Positions 1 to 9,863 of a DNA stretch of 64,000 nt are shown here, one piece after another. The notes under the pieces are model-generated. The model saw nothing but the letters and a program-made list of their open reading frames with translations, made no database searches and was not told the origin of the DNA. Position 1 is the first letter of the stretch; each line of letters starts with the position of its first letter. The stretch lies in assembly GCA_009917695.1 (NCBI GenBank), contig JAACJG010000011.1, positions 92,997 to 156,996 on the forward strand. The letters run 5' to 3'. Source of the DNA: Candidatus Rifleibacterium amylolyticum. Lineage in GTDB: Bacteria > Muiribacteriota > Ozemobacteria > Ozemobacterales > Ozemobacteraceae. The position numbers were made by a program, and so were the translations under genes.

Positions 1-1
1 C

Positions 2-490
2 TGGGGTGCTGTAGACGACGACTCTGCCAAAGACATTGTCTCCAAGCTCCTTTATCTTGAAGCCCTCAAACCAGGCGAACTCATCACCTTCTTTATCAAC
101 AGTCCGGGCGGAATAATTTCTTCTGGCATGGCTGTGATCGATACCATGCACATGATCAAGTCTCCAGTAGCGACCGTGTGTATGGGACTGGCCGCCTCGA
201 TGGGATCACTGATCCTTTCGGCTGGCGAAAAAGGCAAGCGCTTTGTTTTCCCAAACGGCAAGATTATGATACATCAACCCAGTGTTGATTTTCTTTACGG
301 CCAGGCTAGTGATCTTGAGATTCAGGCCAAACAGATATTGCGCACGCGCGAAAGTGTCGCTGCGATTCTGGCAAAAAACTGCGGCAAGCCCAAAGACCGC
401 ATACTCAAGGATATGGATCGCGACTACTGGATGGACAGCGACGAATCGATCAAATATGGCATAGTAGACGATATCTACAGTATCAAATAA
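2..490 (+). CDS. clpP: ATP-dependent Clp protease proteolytic subunit (5'-truncated by the window edge)
   Basis: The frame is open from nt 2. The translation (..LLYLEALKPGELITFFINSPGG..MHMIKSPVATVCMGLAASMGSLILSAG..IMIHQP) matches the ClpP S14 core around the catalytic Ser-His region. Confidence 0.9.
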   Translation, partial: WGAVDDDSAKDIVSKLLYLEALKPGELITFFINSPGGIISSGMAVIDTMHMIKSPVATVCMGLAASMGSLILSAGEKGKRFVFPNGKIMIHQPSVDFLYGQASDLEIQAKQILRTRESVAAILAKNCGKPKDRILKDMDRDYWMDSDESIKYGIVDDIYSIK

Positions 491-528
491 GTTCGAAAAT
501 ACTGTGAACATTCTTACAGGCAGGAATT

Positions 529-1818
529 ATGGAAGGTCTTGATTATGTTTTTCCGGTTCTGACCGGAATCTGTCTTTCGGCGATAACAGGCTTTCGCGCC
601 TTTTTGCCGCCGTTGATCATAGGCATTGTATTGAGATTTTTTCCAGGATTGCATGATTTCATACGCATTGACGTGGCAAATTTTGCGTTTCTGACCCAGG
701 ATCCGGTTTTGATCGCGCTGGCAGTGGCTGCTCTGGCTGAGTTTCTCGGCGACAAGATTCCCGTTGTCGATAACATTCTCGACTGGCTCGAGCTGCCGGC
801 CAAGGTTGCTTTTTCGGCAATTCTTACTTACGCTCTGGTACCGGGGTCGTCGCACTGGTTTTATCTTCTGGTGGCCCTGGTGTTCGCTGAATCGACGACC
901 CTGACTGTACATACCGGCAAAACCGGCCTGCGTGCAATCTCGACGGCAACGACCGGTGGTGTAGCCAACCCGGTGATGAGCATAGTCGAAGACATCATCA
1001 GCTTTATTGGGGCGCTCATCGCTCTGTTGGCGCCGATTCTCGCTGCCATTGGGATTTCCTGGCTGCTGTATAAATGTTTGCGATTTCTGTTTGGAAAAAC
1101 CGGCGGGAACGATGGAAAGATCGCCAATGCCCGACCTTCTTTTGTCTGGTATAACGTTTCACAGTTCGCCAGTCGCTGGTTTTTTCGTATTTACAACGGC
1201 ATGACAATACACAATTACGAACTGGTTCCCAAAAACGAACAGTTTGTTACTGTCGCCAACCACGCATCGATCTGGGACGGCTTCATCATGGGAGGTGCCG
1301 TACGGTTGCCCCTGTTCATCATGGTAAAGAAAGAAGCATTCGAAAACCCGATGATGGGCTGGTATCTGCGCAAAGTGCTGTGCTTCCCGGTCGATCGCTC
1401 CAAAGTCGATGCGGCGGCAATCAAGCATGCCATGAAAGTTCTAAATGATGGCTATAATCTCGGGATTTTCCCGGAAGGAACACGCAACCGTAATGGCTAC
1501 GTCAGTCAGTTCAAAGCGGGGGCCATAAAATTTGCGCTCAAGAAAAAACTGCCGATAGTTCCTGCCTATATCGCCAATTCTCACAAGTTGACCCCACCAG
1601 GGACCACTCTTCCCCACCCTGCCCGCATGTCAGTGCATTTTCTCGATGTCATCGATACCAAAGCCGAACTCGAGTCCGGCAAAGATGAGGCGCAGATTTT
1701 GCAGATGCTCTACGATCGAATCTGCGCCAAAGGCACTGAAGTCATGGGTTATGATGTGCGTGAACCCCATACAGAAGAAAGCAGCGAAAACGGTGAAGCG
1801 GTTTCGGCGCCGGCCTGA
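529..1818 (+). CDS. Fusion protein: N-terminal DUF4126-like polytopic membrane domain plus C-terminal lysophospholipid acyltransferase (PlsC/LPLAT)
   Basis: The first ~190 aa hold several hydrophobic helices. The C-terminal half has the acyltransferase HX4D motif (NHASIWDG) and an FPEGTRN block. Confidence 0.7.
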   Translation: MEGLDYVFPVLTGICLSAITGFRAFLPPLIIGIVLRFFPGLHDFIRIDVANFAFLTQDPVLIALAVAALAEFLGDKIPVVDNILDWLELPAKVAFSAILTYALVPGSSHWFYLLVALVFAESTTLTVHTGKTGLRAISTATTGGVANPVMSIVEDIISFIGALIALLAPILAAIGISWLLYKCLRFLFGKTGGNDGKIANARPSFVWYNVSQFASRWFFRIYNGMTIHNYELVPKNEQFVTVANHASIWDGFIMGGAVRLPLFIMVKKEAFENPMMGWYLRKVLCFPVDRSKVDAAAIKHAMKVLNDGYNLGIFPEGTRNRNGYVSQFKAGAIKFALKKKLPIVPAYIANSHKLTPPGTTLPHPARMSVHFLDVIDTKAELESGKDEAQILQMLYDRICAKGTEVMGYDVREPHTEESSENGEAVSAPA

Positions 1819-1821
1819 CCG

Positions 1822-2829
1822 ATGCATTCTAAATTTACTCCCGACCGCTTCAGCAGATGCTGGATAAGAATTGACCGTGACAGCCTGATGAGTAATATAG
1901 TTCAGGTTGCGCAGTCCGCTTCGATAATTGATCTTGGCCTGCCCATGCTGCGCCAGCTCTGGCCGTACATTGAAGAAGACATTTTGCGTGCCGGAATCAA
2001 TGGGCTTGCCAGCACAGATACCGAGACTCTCATCAGCGCCGATGAGTCTTTCGAGAGAATACTCAAGCCCGGCTCCAGCCAGAGCGACAAAGGCTATGCC
2101 CGCGCCGGCATTGTGCCTGTCATGTCATCGGTCTCAGAATGCCTGTCGCTTTCTAATCTTGCGCAGAGTCTCGATCAGCGACTGCCTTTTCTGATACATG
2201 TCCGCAGCTCAGAAAGCGATTCGCCAAGCGGCGACTGGAATCTCGAAAGTATCTGCGAAAAGGTGCCGTCTTTGCCAATGATCGATCTTGCCGGTTTTTA
2301 TTTGAGATTTACACCAGCAGCGCGCCTTATCGGTTATTTCAGGCGACTGCTGCACAATTCAGAAGCAATTGCCCGGAAAATAATATGTCCCCTGGCCTCA
2401 GAATCTGAGAAAATCGAAGGCATTACCTGTTATTCACTCTGGGAAAACCTGGCTATTGCTGTTGGCGCTACCACCTGTTTCCCGGTCGAAATCGGCTGTT
2501 GGGCTTATCCTGTTCGCACCGGCAGCGATTTTCAGATTTTTCAGGCAGATATTGGTCGGCTGCATGGTCTGCCTGAAAAATTTCCGGTGCTGATCGGCAA
2601 TCAAAAGGCTGAGATCGAAAGGATAGCTGATGACTTCTGTGAATTCATTATCAGAAGCCCACTCGCCGGCCCTTTCCCGGAAAAGGCACTGTTAACCGGA
2701 GGTTCAGCGCTTTCAGCAGTCGAGATGTCAGAATGGAAGCCTGAAGCATTGCAGAATCTGCTGCTGCACCTGAGTGACTGTCCGATCTATCTTCAGCAGA
2801 ACAGCCGCATAATCGAAATCATGCCCTGA
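1822..2829 (+). CDS. hypothetical protein
   Basis: A 335-aa ORF whose start sits 4 nt after the upstream stop, suggesting an operon. I recognise no motif. Confidence 0.4.
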   Translation: MHSKFTPDRFSRCWIRIDRDSLMSNIVQVAQSASIIDLGLPMLRQLWPYIEEDILRAGINGLASTDTETLISADESFERILKPGSSQSDKGYARAGIVPVMSSVSECLSLSNLAQSLDQRLPFLIHVRSSESDSPSGDWNLESICEKVPSLPMIDLAGFYLRFTPAARLIGYFRRLLHNSEAIARKIICPLASESEKIEGITCYSLWENLAIAVGATTCFPVEIGCWAYPVRTGSDFQIFQADIGRLHGLPEKFPVLIGNQKAEIERIADDFCEFIIRSPLAGPFPEKALLTGGSALSAVEMSEWKPEALQNLLLHLSDCPIYLQQNSRIIEIMP

Positions 2830-2830
2830 A

Positions 2831-3577
2831 TCAGGGGCGGTCTGCCATGCTCTGATCGTTAAAAATTGCATTTTTGAAAAGATGCTCTTCATCGGTAAAG
2901 TAGACGCGATCTACCACCGGGGTAATGATCTGTTTGTCGCCAAATGATTTTAGCAGCCACTGCTCAAGAAAGTCTTTGATGCTGATGCGAGCCGTATCGC
3001 GAATTGAGTCGATATTTTTGCGGCCGACCTCTTCGAGCAGCCCCGGAATCTCGTTCTGAAGCGCAATCTTTACTTCTTCACTGTCGCGGATCATACTGTC
3101 TTTCACTACTCTCAGGTCGTAACGCGCAAGATCTACTGCCGGGCGGTTAAAGTTGATGGGTGGTGCCACGACAATCAGTCGTCGCCCCTGGTCTCGTATG
3201 TAAAAAGACCACTCTTTGTCTTTAAGAGGAACGAAATAGGTAATCTCACATGGCACTCGGGCAGCCACTTCGACAACTCCGCCGGGCATGTATCGAAAGA
3301 GTTTTTTCTCACTGATATAGGCAAATTCTTCTCTGGTATTGATTTTGGCTACCTGCAGACTGTTTTGTCCCTGCAGGCCTCCGATATAAGATGCGAACTG
3401 GCCTCTTGTCATTTCTTCGCTGAGGGTTGGCAGCAATACGGCTGGTGCAGGCAGCTTTACCAGGAAATACCAGATAAGAGAACCCGCCGTCAGAATCGTG
3501 CAAACTGAAACTATGGCAAAAGCTTTTGCCCAGTTAAAAGAAGTCCGCAAGTTCTGCCCGTTTACTTGACTGGTCAT
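2831..3577 (-). CDS. hypothetical membrane-anchored protein
   Basis: A 248-aa ORF with one N-terminal transmembrane helix (FAIVSVCTILTAGSLIWYFLV). Confidence 0.4.
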   Translation of the reverse strand: MTSQVNGQNLRTSFNWAKAFAIVSVCTILTAGSLIWYFLVKLPAPAVLLPTLSEEMTRGQFASYIGGLQGQNSLQVAKINTREEFAYISEKKLFRYMPGGVVEVAARVPCEITYFVPLKDKEWSFYIRDQGRRLIVVAPPINFNRPAVDLARYDLRVVKDSMIRDSEEVKIALQNEIPGLLEEVGRKNIDSIRDTARISIKDFLEQWLLKSFGDKQIITPVVDRVYFTDEEHLFKNAIFNDQSMADRP

Positions 3578-3594
3578 CTGATACCCTGCCCCCC

Positions 3595-4284
3595 TCAGTT
3601 TTCTGCCGGCATTTCCTCGATTTCGACAACCGGAAGTTCTTCTGTTTCCGTTTTTGGGCGTGTCGGCATGAATTCGCCCTGCAGCACAACCCCATCGGGC
3701 AGAAATTCTATGTTACCTTTTCCGGCAAGAATTCGGGCCAGTGAACTTTCTGCATTTCTGCTGGCCAGTCTTTTTAAATAATCGATGACATGCTCAGCAA
3801 ACCAGTGGCTGGCGTCCAGCTCAAGACTGTTTATCTTTATTTGCGCAGTCTGCAGCGAGGTGGCAGAGCTTTTTAAATCAATCTGAAAGACCAGGCTGCG
3901 CATGAAAAATCCCGATCCTATGACATATAGTGATATATGATCCTGATTGACCAGATATCTGAGCCTTTGTAAACAGAAGCCGCCCTCAGGCGGTATCTGG
4001 CATCCGCTTAAAAAGGCATTGAATTCAGAGGGAGTCAGCTTGAGCGGGGAAGCAGACTGATTTACGTCGATCATTTTTTTCTGTAACGACCAGAAGTCTT
4101 CCTGTTCAGGGCCGGCGAATTCAGGCAGATTTACCGGAGTGCTGATCAGCATTAGTGACGGTACAAACAGCAGCGAGGACACCAGGAGAATCAGCGCCAC
4201 TAACACAACGGGATGCAGCCAGAACAGAAGAAACCTGACGAAGAGAGGCCTTCGCTGGCTGTCTATGGCGGGTGACTTCTGCAT
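3595..4284 (-). CDS. hypothetical membrane-anchored protein
   Basis: A 229-aa ORF with an N-terminal transmembrane helix, abutting the cheW stop. Confidence 0.4.
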   Translation of the reverse strand: MQKSPAIDSQRRPLFVRFLLFWLHPVVLVALILLVSSLLFVPSLMLISTPVNLPEFAGPEQEDFWSLQKKMIDVNQSASPLKLTPSEFNAFLSGCQIPPEGGFCLQRLRYLVNQDHISLYVIGSGFFMRSLVFQIDLKSSATSLQTAQIKINSLELDASHWFAEHVIDYLKRLASRNAESSLARILAGKGNIEFLPDGVVLQGEFMPTRPKTETEELPVVEIEEMPAEN

Positions 4285-4766
4285 CAGGATTTGAAATTTT
4301 TGAGCACAGACTGTTCTTCGAACGAGAGCAATTTCTCGACATCGAGGAGGATGATAAGCTTTTCTCCGAGTTTGGCGACACCCTGAACATATTGAGAGCT
4401 TATGTTAGAAGAGAACATCGGTGGCGCCTTTTCGATTTCATCGGTGTAGAACTTCATAACTTCAGATACGTTATCGACGATCATACCAACCTGATTTTTG
4501 CCAAGCTCGACAATCAGTATCTTGGCAGCCTGCTTACTCTCGTTTGCGGCAAGGTCAAAACGCTTGCGCAGATCGATGATCGGCACTATGTTGCCGCGCA
4601 GGTTAATTACGCCCTCAACGAACTGTGGGGCTTTGGGCACTTTGCGAATTTCAGTCATGGCGTAGATTTCGCGAACCTTGTGGATGTAAACCGCGTATTC
4701 ATCCTCACCAAGATAAAATCCGACGACCTGAATCTCCTGTCTGATACTGGGTTTCTTTACTGCCAT
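4284..4766 (-). CDS. cheW: chemotaxis coupling protein CheW
   Basis: A 160-aa protein with a CheW-like fold signature (..FVEGVINLRGNIVPIIDLRKRF..MIVDNVSEV..). Confidence 0.8.
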   Translation of the reverse strand: MAVKKPSIRQEIQVVGFYLGEDEYAVYIHKVREIYAMTEIRKVPKAPQFVEGVINLRGNIVPIIDLRKRFDLAANESKQAAKILIVELGKNQVGMIVDNVSEVMKFYTDEIEKAPPMFSSNISSQYVQGVAKLGEKLIILLDVEKLLSFEEQSVLKNFKS

Positions 4767-4767
4767 A

Positions 4768-5013
4768 TCAGTTTCCTTCGTTCTGCTGCTGTTTTTTTTC
4801 GGTATACTGCCTGCGTTTTTCTTTCAGATAAATGACGAAGCTGGCAAGCTGTGCCAGCACAACAGCGGCATCATCGAGCCAGCCAACTATTGGAACATCC
4901 GGAATGGCATCAACCGGGCTGATCACGTATATGACCGTGATGATAAAAAATAGCAGCTGCACTGCCGGTTTTGCCAGCAACTGTTTGGGAAGTGACGGGC
5001 CTTTTTCGGTCAT
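4768..5013 (-). CDS. small membrane protein, DUF1232/YkvA-like
   Basis: An 81-aa protein with two transmembrane helices and a basic C-terminal tail. Confidence 0.45.
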   Translation of the reverse strand: MTEKGPSLPKQLLAKPAVQLLFFIITVIYVISPVDAIPDVPIVGWLDDAAVVLAQLASFVIYLKEKRRQYTEKKQQQNEGN

Positions 5014-5405
5014 GATTCAAGGTCAGCTGAGCCAAAGCTGAATGGCAGAAGCTCTTCGTCGCTGGTGCGTTTTATCTCACCACGGTTATTGATCAGCATG
5101 ATTTCGATACCAGGAGCCAGTTCATGTATTACCTGGCGGCAGGCTCCACACGGCGCTGTAAAAGCCGGGCGATCGACATAGATTGCCAGCTTTTTAAAGC
5201 GCTTGTGACCGGCTGCTGTTGCAGTAAACAAAGCGGTTCTTTCCGCGCAGTTGGTCAGACCAAAGCTTGCATTTTCGATGTTGCAGCCCTGAATTATATC
5301 GCCGTTTTCGAGCAGCAGTGCTGCTCCAACCTGAAAGTTCGAGTAAGGCGCATAGGCCATTTTGCTGGCTGCTATCGCTTGATTGATCAGTTCCTTTTCC
5401 TTCAT
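5010..5405 (-). CDS. cdd: cytidine deaminase
   Basis: A 131-aa protein with the zinc-ligand motifs CAERTA and PCGACRQ. Confidence 0.85.
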   Translation of the reverse strand: MKEKELINQAIAASKMAYAPYSNFQVGAALLLENGDIIQGCNIENASFGLTNCAERTALFTATAAGHKRFKKLAIYVDRPAFTAPCGACRQVIHELAPGIEIMLINNRGEIKRTSDEELLPFSFGSADLES

Positions 5406-5453
5406 TCTGTCACCTCATAAGTCTTACTATTACCACAAAGCCGCGGTTAACTA

Positions 5454-5484
5454 AAGAAAAAAACACCCCTGACAGGCAGGGGTG
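5454..5484 (-). terminator. rho-independent terminator downstream of rpsI
   Basis: The hairpin cacccctg-acaggc-aggggtg is followed on the minus strand by a T9 run. Confidence 0.6.
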
Positions 5485-5510
5485 CTTTTGCAAACAATCT
5501 TTGAAAACAA

Positions 5511-5903
5511 TCAGCGTTTTGAGAACTGTGGTTTTCTTCTTGCTTTTTTGAGACCGTATTTTTTGCGTTCTTTCATTCTCTGGTCGCGAGTGAGGAAGCC
5601 ACTCTTCTTGAGAGGTGAGCGGAATTCTTCATTGAATTTGACCAGGGCGCGGGCCAGGCCGTGGCGCAGGGCGCCTGACTGACCGGTGCTGCCGCCGCCG
5701 GCGATATTTGCATATACGTCGAACTTGCCAAGAGTTTCGGTAGTGGCAAGGGGCTGTACAATGATCTTGCGGGTCAGAGGAATCGGAAAATATTCCTCAA
5801 TGGGTCTTTTGTTGATAACGATTTTGCCTTCGCCGCGGCAGATGCGTACGCGCGCGGTAGCAGACTTTCTTCTGCCGGTTCCCCAGAAAAATACTTCAGC
5901 CAT
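5511..5903 (-). CDS. rpsI: 30S ribosomal protein S9
   Basis: A 130-aa protein containing GTGRRK and ending ..[10 protein letters not shown]. Confidence 0.9.
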   Translation of the reverse strand: MAEVFFWGTGRRKSATARVRICRGEGKIVINKRPIEEYFPIPLTRKIIVQPLATTETLGKFDVYANIAGGGSTGQSGALRHGLARALVKFNEEFRSPLKKSGFLTRDQRMKERKKYGLKKARRKPQFSKR

Positions 5904-5920
5904 TGTGTATTCCTCCTTCC

Positions 5921-6355
5921 TTACTTGGTAAGCTTGATGGCTTTAGGCTGCTGAGCGATGTGGGGGTGCTCATTGCCTGCGTAAACCTTGAGTTTACCGA
6001 GATACTGCTTTCTCAGCTTGTTGCGAGGAAGCATTCTCTTAACGGCAACCCAGACCATTTTGTCGGGGGTGTTTTCGAGCATCTGGCCATAGGAAATTTC
6101 TTTGATTCCACCAGGATAACCTGTGTGCCAGTTGAATTTCTTGTCGTCGTGTTTTTTGCCGGTCAGAACGATCTGGTCGGCATTGATGACGATGACGAAA
6201 TCACCACAATCAACATTGGGGGTAAAAATAGGTCTGTGCTTGCCACGAAGGCGGGCAGCGACCTGGGAAGCGAGGCGGCCAAGAGGCATGTCTTTGGCAT
6301 CTACCACGACCCATTCACGGGTAAAATCAGTTTTCTTAGCATGGAACGTCTTCAC
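5921..6355 (-). CDS. rplM: 50S ribosomal protein L13
   Basis: A 144-aa protein with typical L13 sequence, immediately upstream of rpsI. Confidence 0.9.
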   Translation of the reverse strand: MKTFHAKKTDFTREWVVVDAKDMPLGRLASQVAARLRGKHRPIFTPNVDCGDFVIVINADQIVLTGKKHDDKKFNWHTGYPGGIKEISYGQMLENTPDKMVWVAVKRMLPRNKLRKQYLGKLKVYAGNEHPHIAQQPKAIKLTK

Positions 6356-6374
6356 CGATTTTTTCTCCTTTCGG

Positions 6375-7121
6375 TTAATACATGACTTTCATCAGATAAA
6401 GTCCGCCGGGCGGTGCAGGGGCGCCAAGCCTTCGTCTATTCTGATTACGGTACAGTTCTTCGATTTCCGCCACCCGCATTTCGCCGTTGCCCACCAGATA
6501 TAACGCCCTTGCCATATTGCGAACCATGTTATGCATAAAACCGGTTCCGATTACGTCAAAGGTGATTACTTCGTGTTCAAGGCTGACGCTGGTTTCGATA
6601 ATCTTCCTAACGGTGCTCTCATACTGGCGCGGGGATTTTGCAAAAGCAGCAAAGTCGTGTTCGCCGATGAATTCGCGTGCCGCCGCCTGCATTTTTTCGA
6701 TATCGGGAGACTTGTTTAGCTGCCAGAAGAACCTTTCGAGGAAAGGCGAAGCAGTTTTGACCAGTCGGAAAAGATATCGGTAGTGCTTGCCGCGGGCGGA
6801 AAAACAAGGATGGAAGCTCTCGTCTGCTTCTTCTGCCCTGCTTACCCTTACTGCCCCAGGTAGAGCGCCGTTCATTCCTATGATTAACTTTTCAACCGGA
6901 ATCGGACACTCAGTTCTGATAAGAACCACCTGTTCAACCGCATGAACCCCGGTGTCTGTCCGACCCGCCCCGACTGCCCGGCATTTTTCACCGGTGATCA
7001 GCTTGATTACTCTTTCGAGCTCACCCTGAACTGTTGGTATATGCGGCTGGTATTGCCAGCCGAAAAATGCGCTACCGTCGTAGGTAACAAACAGTTTAAG
7101 ATATCTCGTAGTCATTGTCAA
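6375..7121 (-). CDS. truA: tRNA pseudouridine38-40 synthase
   Basis: A 248-aa protein with YDGSAFFGWQ and GAGRTDTGVHA, including the catalytic Asp. Confidence 0.85.
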   Translation of the reverse strand: MTMTTRYLKLFVTYDGSAFFGWQYQPHIPTVQGELERVIKLITGEKCRAVGAGRTDTGVHAVEQVVLIRTECPIPVEKLIIGMNGALPGAVRVSRAEEADESFHPCFSARGKHYRYLFRLVKTASPFLERFFWQLNKSPDIEKMQAAAREFIGEHDFAAFAKSPRQYESTVRKIIETSVSLEHEVITFDVIGTGFMHNMVRNMARALYLVGNGEMRVAEIEELYRNQNRRRLGAPAPPGGLYLMKVMY

Positions 7122-7269
7122 GCTTTATATCTTTCTTCAATCGCTATCGGTATCGAAATCGGGTTCTTAATCCGGGTCGATTTCGATACCGAACCCGTTT
7201 CCGATAATTGCAGAACGGCAATATACAACCTGCGACAGCAAAAGTAAATTCTCGCGAAGCTTTGCGTGA

Positions 7270-7299
7270 AAATAAAAACGCCCGGTGTCAGGCCGGGCG
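7270..7299 (-). terminator. rho-independent terminator
   Basis: The stem cgcccgg-cctgaca-ccgggcg is followed on the minus strand by tttttatttt. Confidence 0.6.
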
Positions 7300-7325
7300 T
7301 GCAATTATGAATGGTATTAAGATGA

Positions 7326-7577
7326 TCAGTCGGTGACTCTGATTTTTTGTGAGATTCGCCGTTTGGTATGATCGAGAATCTTTTCGATGTCTTCGTAGGT
7401 GCCTGAGAACATGGCAAGTTCAAGGTTGCGAGCAATTTCACCGATGAAGCGAGCTTCGCGCAGATCAGCTGACTCAAGAGTACGACCGATCTTTTCGAGG
7501 AATTCGCCGAACGAAATGTTTGACTTTTCGAGTTCTGAGCATGAATCCCAGACGATTTCAAGGTGTTCCTTCTTCAT
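7326..7577 (-). CDS. small hypothetical protein
   Basis: I chose the start MKKEHLEI because GAGGT lies 8 nt upstream. The ~83-aa protein is charged and helical. Confidence 0.4.
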   Translation of the reverse strand: MKKEHLEIVWDSCSELEKSNISFGEFLEKIGRTLESADLREARFIGEIARNLELAMFSGTYEDIEKILDHTKRRISQKIRVTD

Positions 7578-7680
7578 GATCCTACCTCTCATTTTGTTAG
7601 ATCTAAAGACAATTATACACAAAGCTTCTTGAAAATCAAAGCATATTGCGCGAAAATCAGAACCGAAATATTAATGCGGA

Positions 7681-8775
7681 GTGACTATGAACCAATCTAT
7701 GATCAATCTGATACCGGGACCGGTAAGTGTGCCCGAAGAGGTGCTGCGCGCGGCGCATCATGATTTTGGCTCGCCCGATCTCGACGAGAATTTTCTCGAG
7801 CTGTATAACCAGACTGAAAAGCGTTTGCAGACAATTCTGGGCACCAGAAATTCGGTCATTATCCAGACCGGCGAAGGCATGCTCGGCCTCTGGGGCGCAC
7901 TCAAAAGCTGCCTGAAGCCGGGAGACCGCGTAGTCGCAGTTTGCACCGGCGTTTTCGGCTATGGCATCGCCGACATGGCCGAGATGATCGGAGCTGAAGT
8001 CAGGCGCCTCGCCCTGCCCTACGACCAGACTTTTGCCGCCAGTGAAGAACTCGAAAAAATCGTGGCCGAATTCAAACCACTGATGATCACTGCCGTTCAC
8101 TGCGAAACGCCTTCGGGCACGCTGAACCCGCTTGGCGAAATTGCGCGTATAAAAAAGGAACATGCCGTGCCGCTGCTATGCGTCGATACCGTTGCCAGCG
8201 CCGGCGGTTGCCCGGTCGAGGCCGACCGCAATCTTATCGATCTCTGCTTGAATGGCAGCCAGAAATGCCTGTCAGCGCCGCCGAACATGACTTTCGTCGG
8301 TATCAGCGAAGCCGCCTGGGAAATCATCGACCGCGTAAATTACGTTGGCTATGATGCCTTTAAGCCATTTCGCAACGCTCAGGCCGAATTTTACTTTCCC
8401 AATACCATGTACTGGCACGGCATCGCGGCATTGCATGCTGCTGCCGGCCTGATTCTCGACGAAGTGCTCGACAAAGTTTATCAGCGCCACACCGCTGCAA
8501 TGGAATACTGCATAGAACGGTGCAGGCAGATGGGACTCGAACTTTATGCCTCGTCAGACGCCGTTAAGGCGCCAACTGTAACTGCTCTCAAAGTGCCTGA
8601 ACAGTATGGTTGGAAACACCTGCAGCAGGCCTGTCGCATGAGCGGCCTCGCCATCGCCGGTAGCTATGGCAAACTTGCCGGAAAAGTCATGCGCATAGGC
8701 CATATGGGCACCCAGGCAAATATCGGTCTGCTCGCGCGCGGCCTCGAAGTTCTCGAAAAAGTGCTGCGACCGTGA
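7681..8775 (+). CDS. class V (AGXT/PhnW-like) pyridoxal-phosphate aminotransferase
   Basis: A 364-aa protein with N-terminal ..LIPGPVSVPEEVL.., typical of serine-pyruvate and alanine-glyoxylate type transaminases. GGAG lies 7 nt upstream. Confidence 0.75.
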   Translation: MTMNQSMINLIPGPVSVPEEVLRAAHHDFGSPDLDENFLELYNQTEKRLQTILGTRNSVIIQTGEGMLGLWGALKSCLKPGDRVVAVCTGVFGYGIADMAEMIGAEVRRLALPYDQTFAASEELEKIVAEFKPLMITAVHCETPSGTLNPLGEIARIKKEHAVPLLCVDTVASAGGCPVEADRNLIDLCLNGSQKCLSAPPNMTFVGISEAAWEIIDRVNYVGYDAFKPFRNAQAEFYFPNTMYWHGIAALHAAAGLILDEVLDKVYQRHTAAMEYCIERCRQMGLELYASSDAVKAPTVTALKVPEQYGWKHLQQACRMSGLAIAGSYGKLAGKVMRIGHMGTQANIGLLARGLEVLEKVLRP

Positions 8776-9863
8776 CGAAAATAACTGTTGGCGCTTACTA
8801 TTATCCAGGCTGGCACCCCTGCTCGATTCGCGATGCTGCCTTCCCGAAAGGCTGGAGCGAATGGGATCTGCTCAAAAACTGTGCACCTCGCTTCGAAGGC
8901 CACGACCAGCCAAAAACGCCCTTGTGGGGTTACGAAAACGAGGCCGATCCGGAGGTTTTCGACAAGAAACTGCAGGCAGCGCAAGCTTATGGCATCGACT
9001 TTTTTGTCTTCGCGAACTACTGGTCGCGCGGCAGGCGGCTGCTTGAAGGCGCGCTCGATCGAGGTCTGATGCAGGCGAAAAGTCGTGGCAAAACAAGGTT
9101 TGCGCTAATGTGGGCAAACCGCATGCCGCGCAAGGTCATGCCGGTAAAAGACGCAGCCGCCCGCCTGATCGACCCGTCGCGTCTGGTCTACACCGATCCG
9201 GCCGATTTTCTAGAATATGTCAGTTACATCGCCGGCAGATATTTCGTTCAGCCCGATTATTACCGGGTTAACGATGCCTGCTATCTCAGCATATTCGATA
9301 CCGCATTTTTCATTCGGCAGCTTGGCCCGGAAGCAACGACAAAAGCAATAAACGAGGTCCGCGCATATCTCGCCGAACGCTCTTTGAAGCTTCATCTGGC
9401 TGCAATAGACCCGATTCCCGAACATCGGCCGCTGCTCAGGCAGATCGGTTTCGACAGCGTTACCCATTATGTTTTTCTGCCTGACTGGAGCGGCCCATAC
9501 CATCAGGATTTCAGCGAATGCGCGAAGATGAAGGCTGCCAGATGGCATGATTATCAGCCCGAAACCGGCCTGCCCTATGTTCCTTCAGTTACCCCAAACT
9601 GGGATGCCAGCCCGCGCGCGGCCGATTATGGAAAGGAAAAGCCGGGAAAGTATCCCTGGTCGCCGGTGCTTACCGGCTGCAGCCCGGATAAATTCGCAGA
9701 GTTTCTCAGCCTGGCGAAGAGCTTTGCTGTTGAGCATTCGCAGTTTGTCGAACCGACCATCATGATTTCATCCTGGAATGAATGGACAGAAGGTCACTAT
9801 CTCGAGCCTGACAAAAAGCACGGCTACGCCTGGCTGGAAGCAGTAAGATCGGTGCACGGCTGA
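8772..9863 (+). CDS. glycoside hydrolase family 99-like / WbsX-family protein
   Basis: YYYPGWHP..GWSEWDLL..RFEGHDQPKTPLWGYENEADPEV..YGIDFFVFANYWSRGRRLLE matches the WbsX/GH99-like N-terminal signature. Its start overlaps the upstream stop by 4 nt. Confidence 0.65.
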   Translation: MTKITVGAYYYPGWHPCSIRDAAFPKGWSEWDLLKNCAPRFEGHDQPKTPLWGYENEADPEVFDKKLQAAQAYGIDFFVFANYWSRGRRLLEGALDRGLMQAKSRGKTRFALMWANRMPRKVMPVKDAAARLIDPSRLVYTDPADFLEYVSYIAGRYFVQPDYYRVNDACYLSIFDTAFFIRQLGPEATTKAINEVRAYLAERSLKLHLAAIDPIPEHRPLLRQIGFDSVTHYVFLPDWSGPYHQDFSECAKMKAARWHDYQPETGLPYVPSVTPNWDASPRAADYGKEKPGKYPWSPVLTGCSPDKFAEFLSLAKSFAVEHSQFVEPTIMISSWNEWTEGHYLEPDKKHGYAWLEAVRSVHG

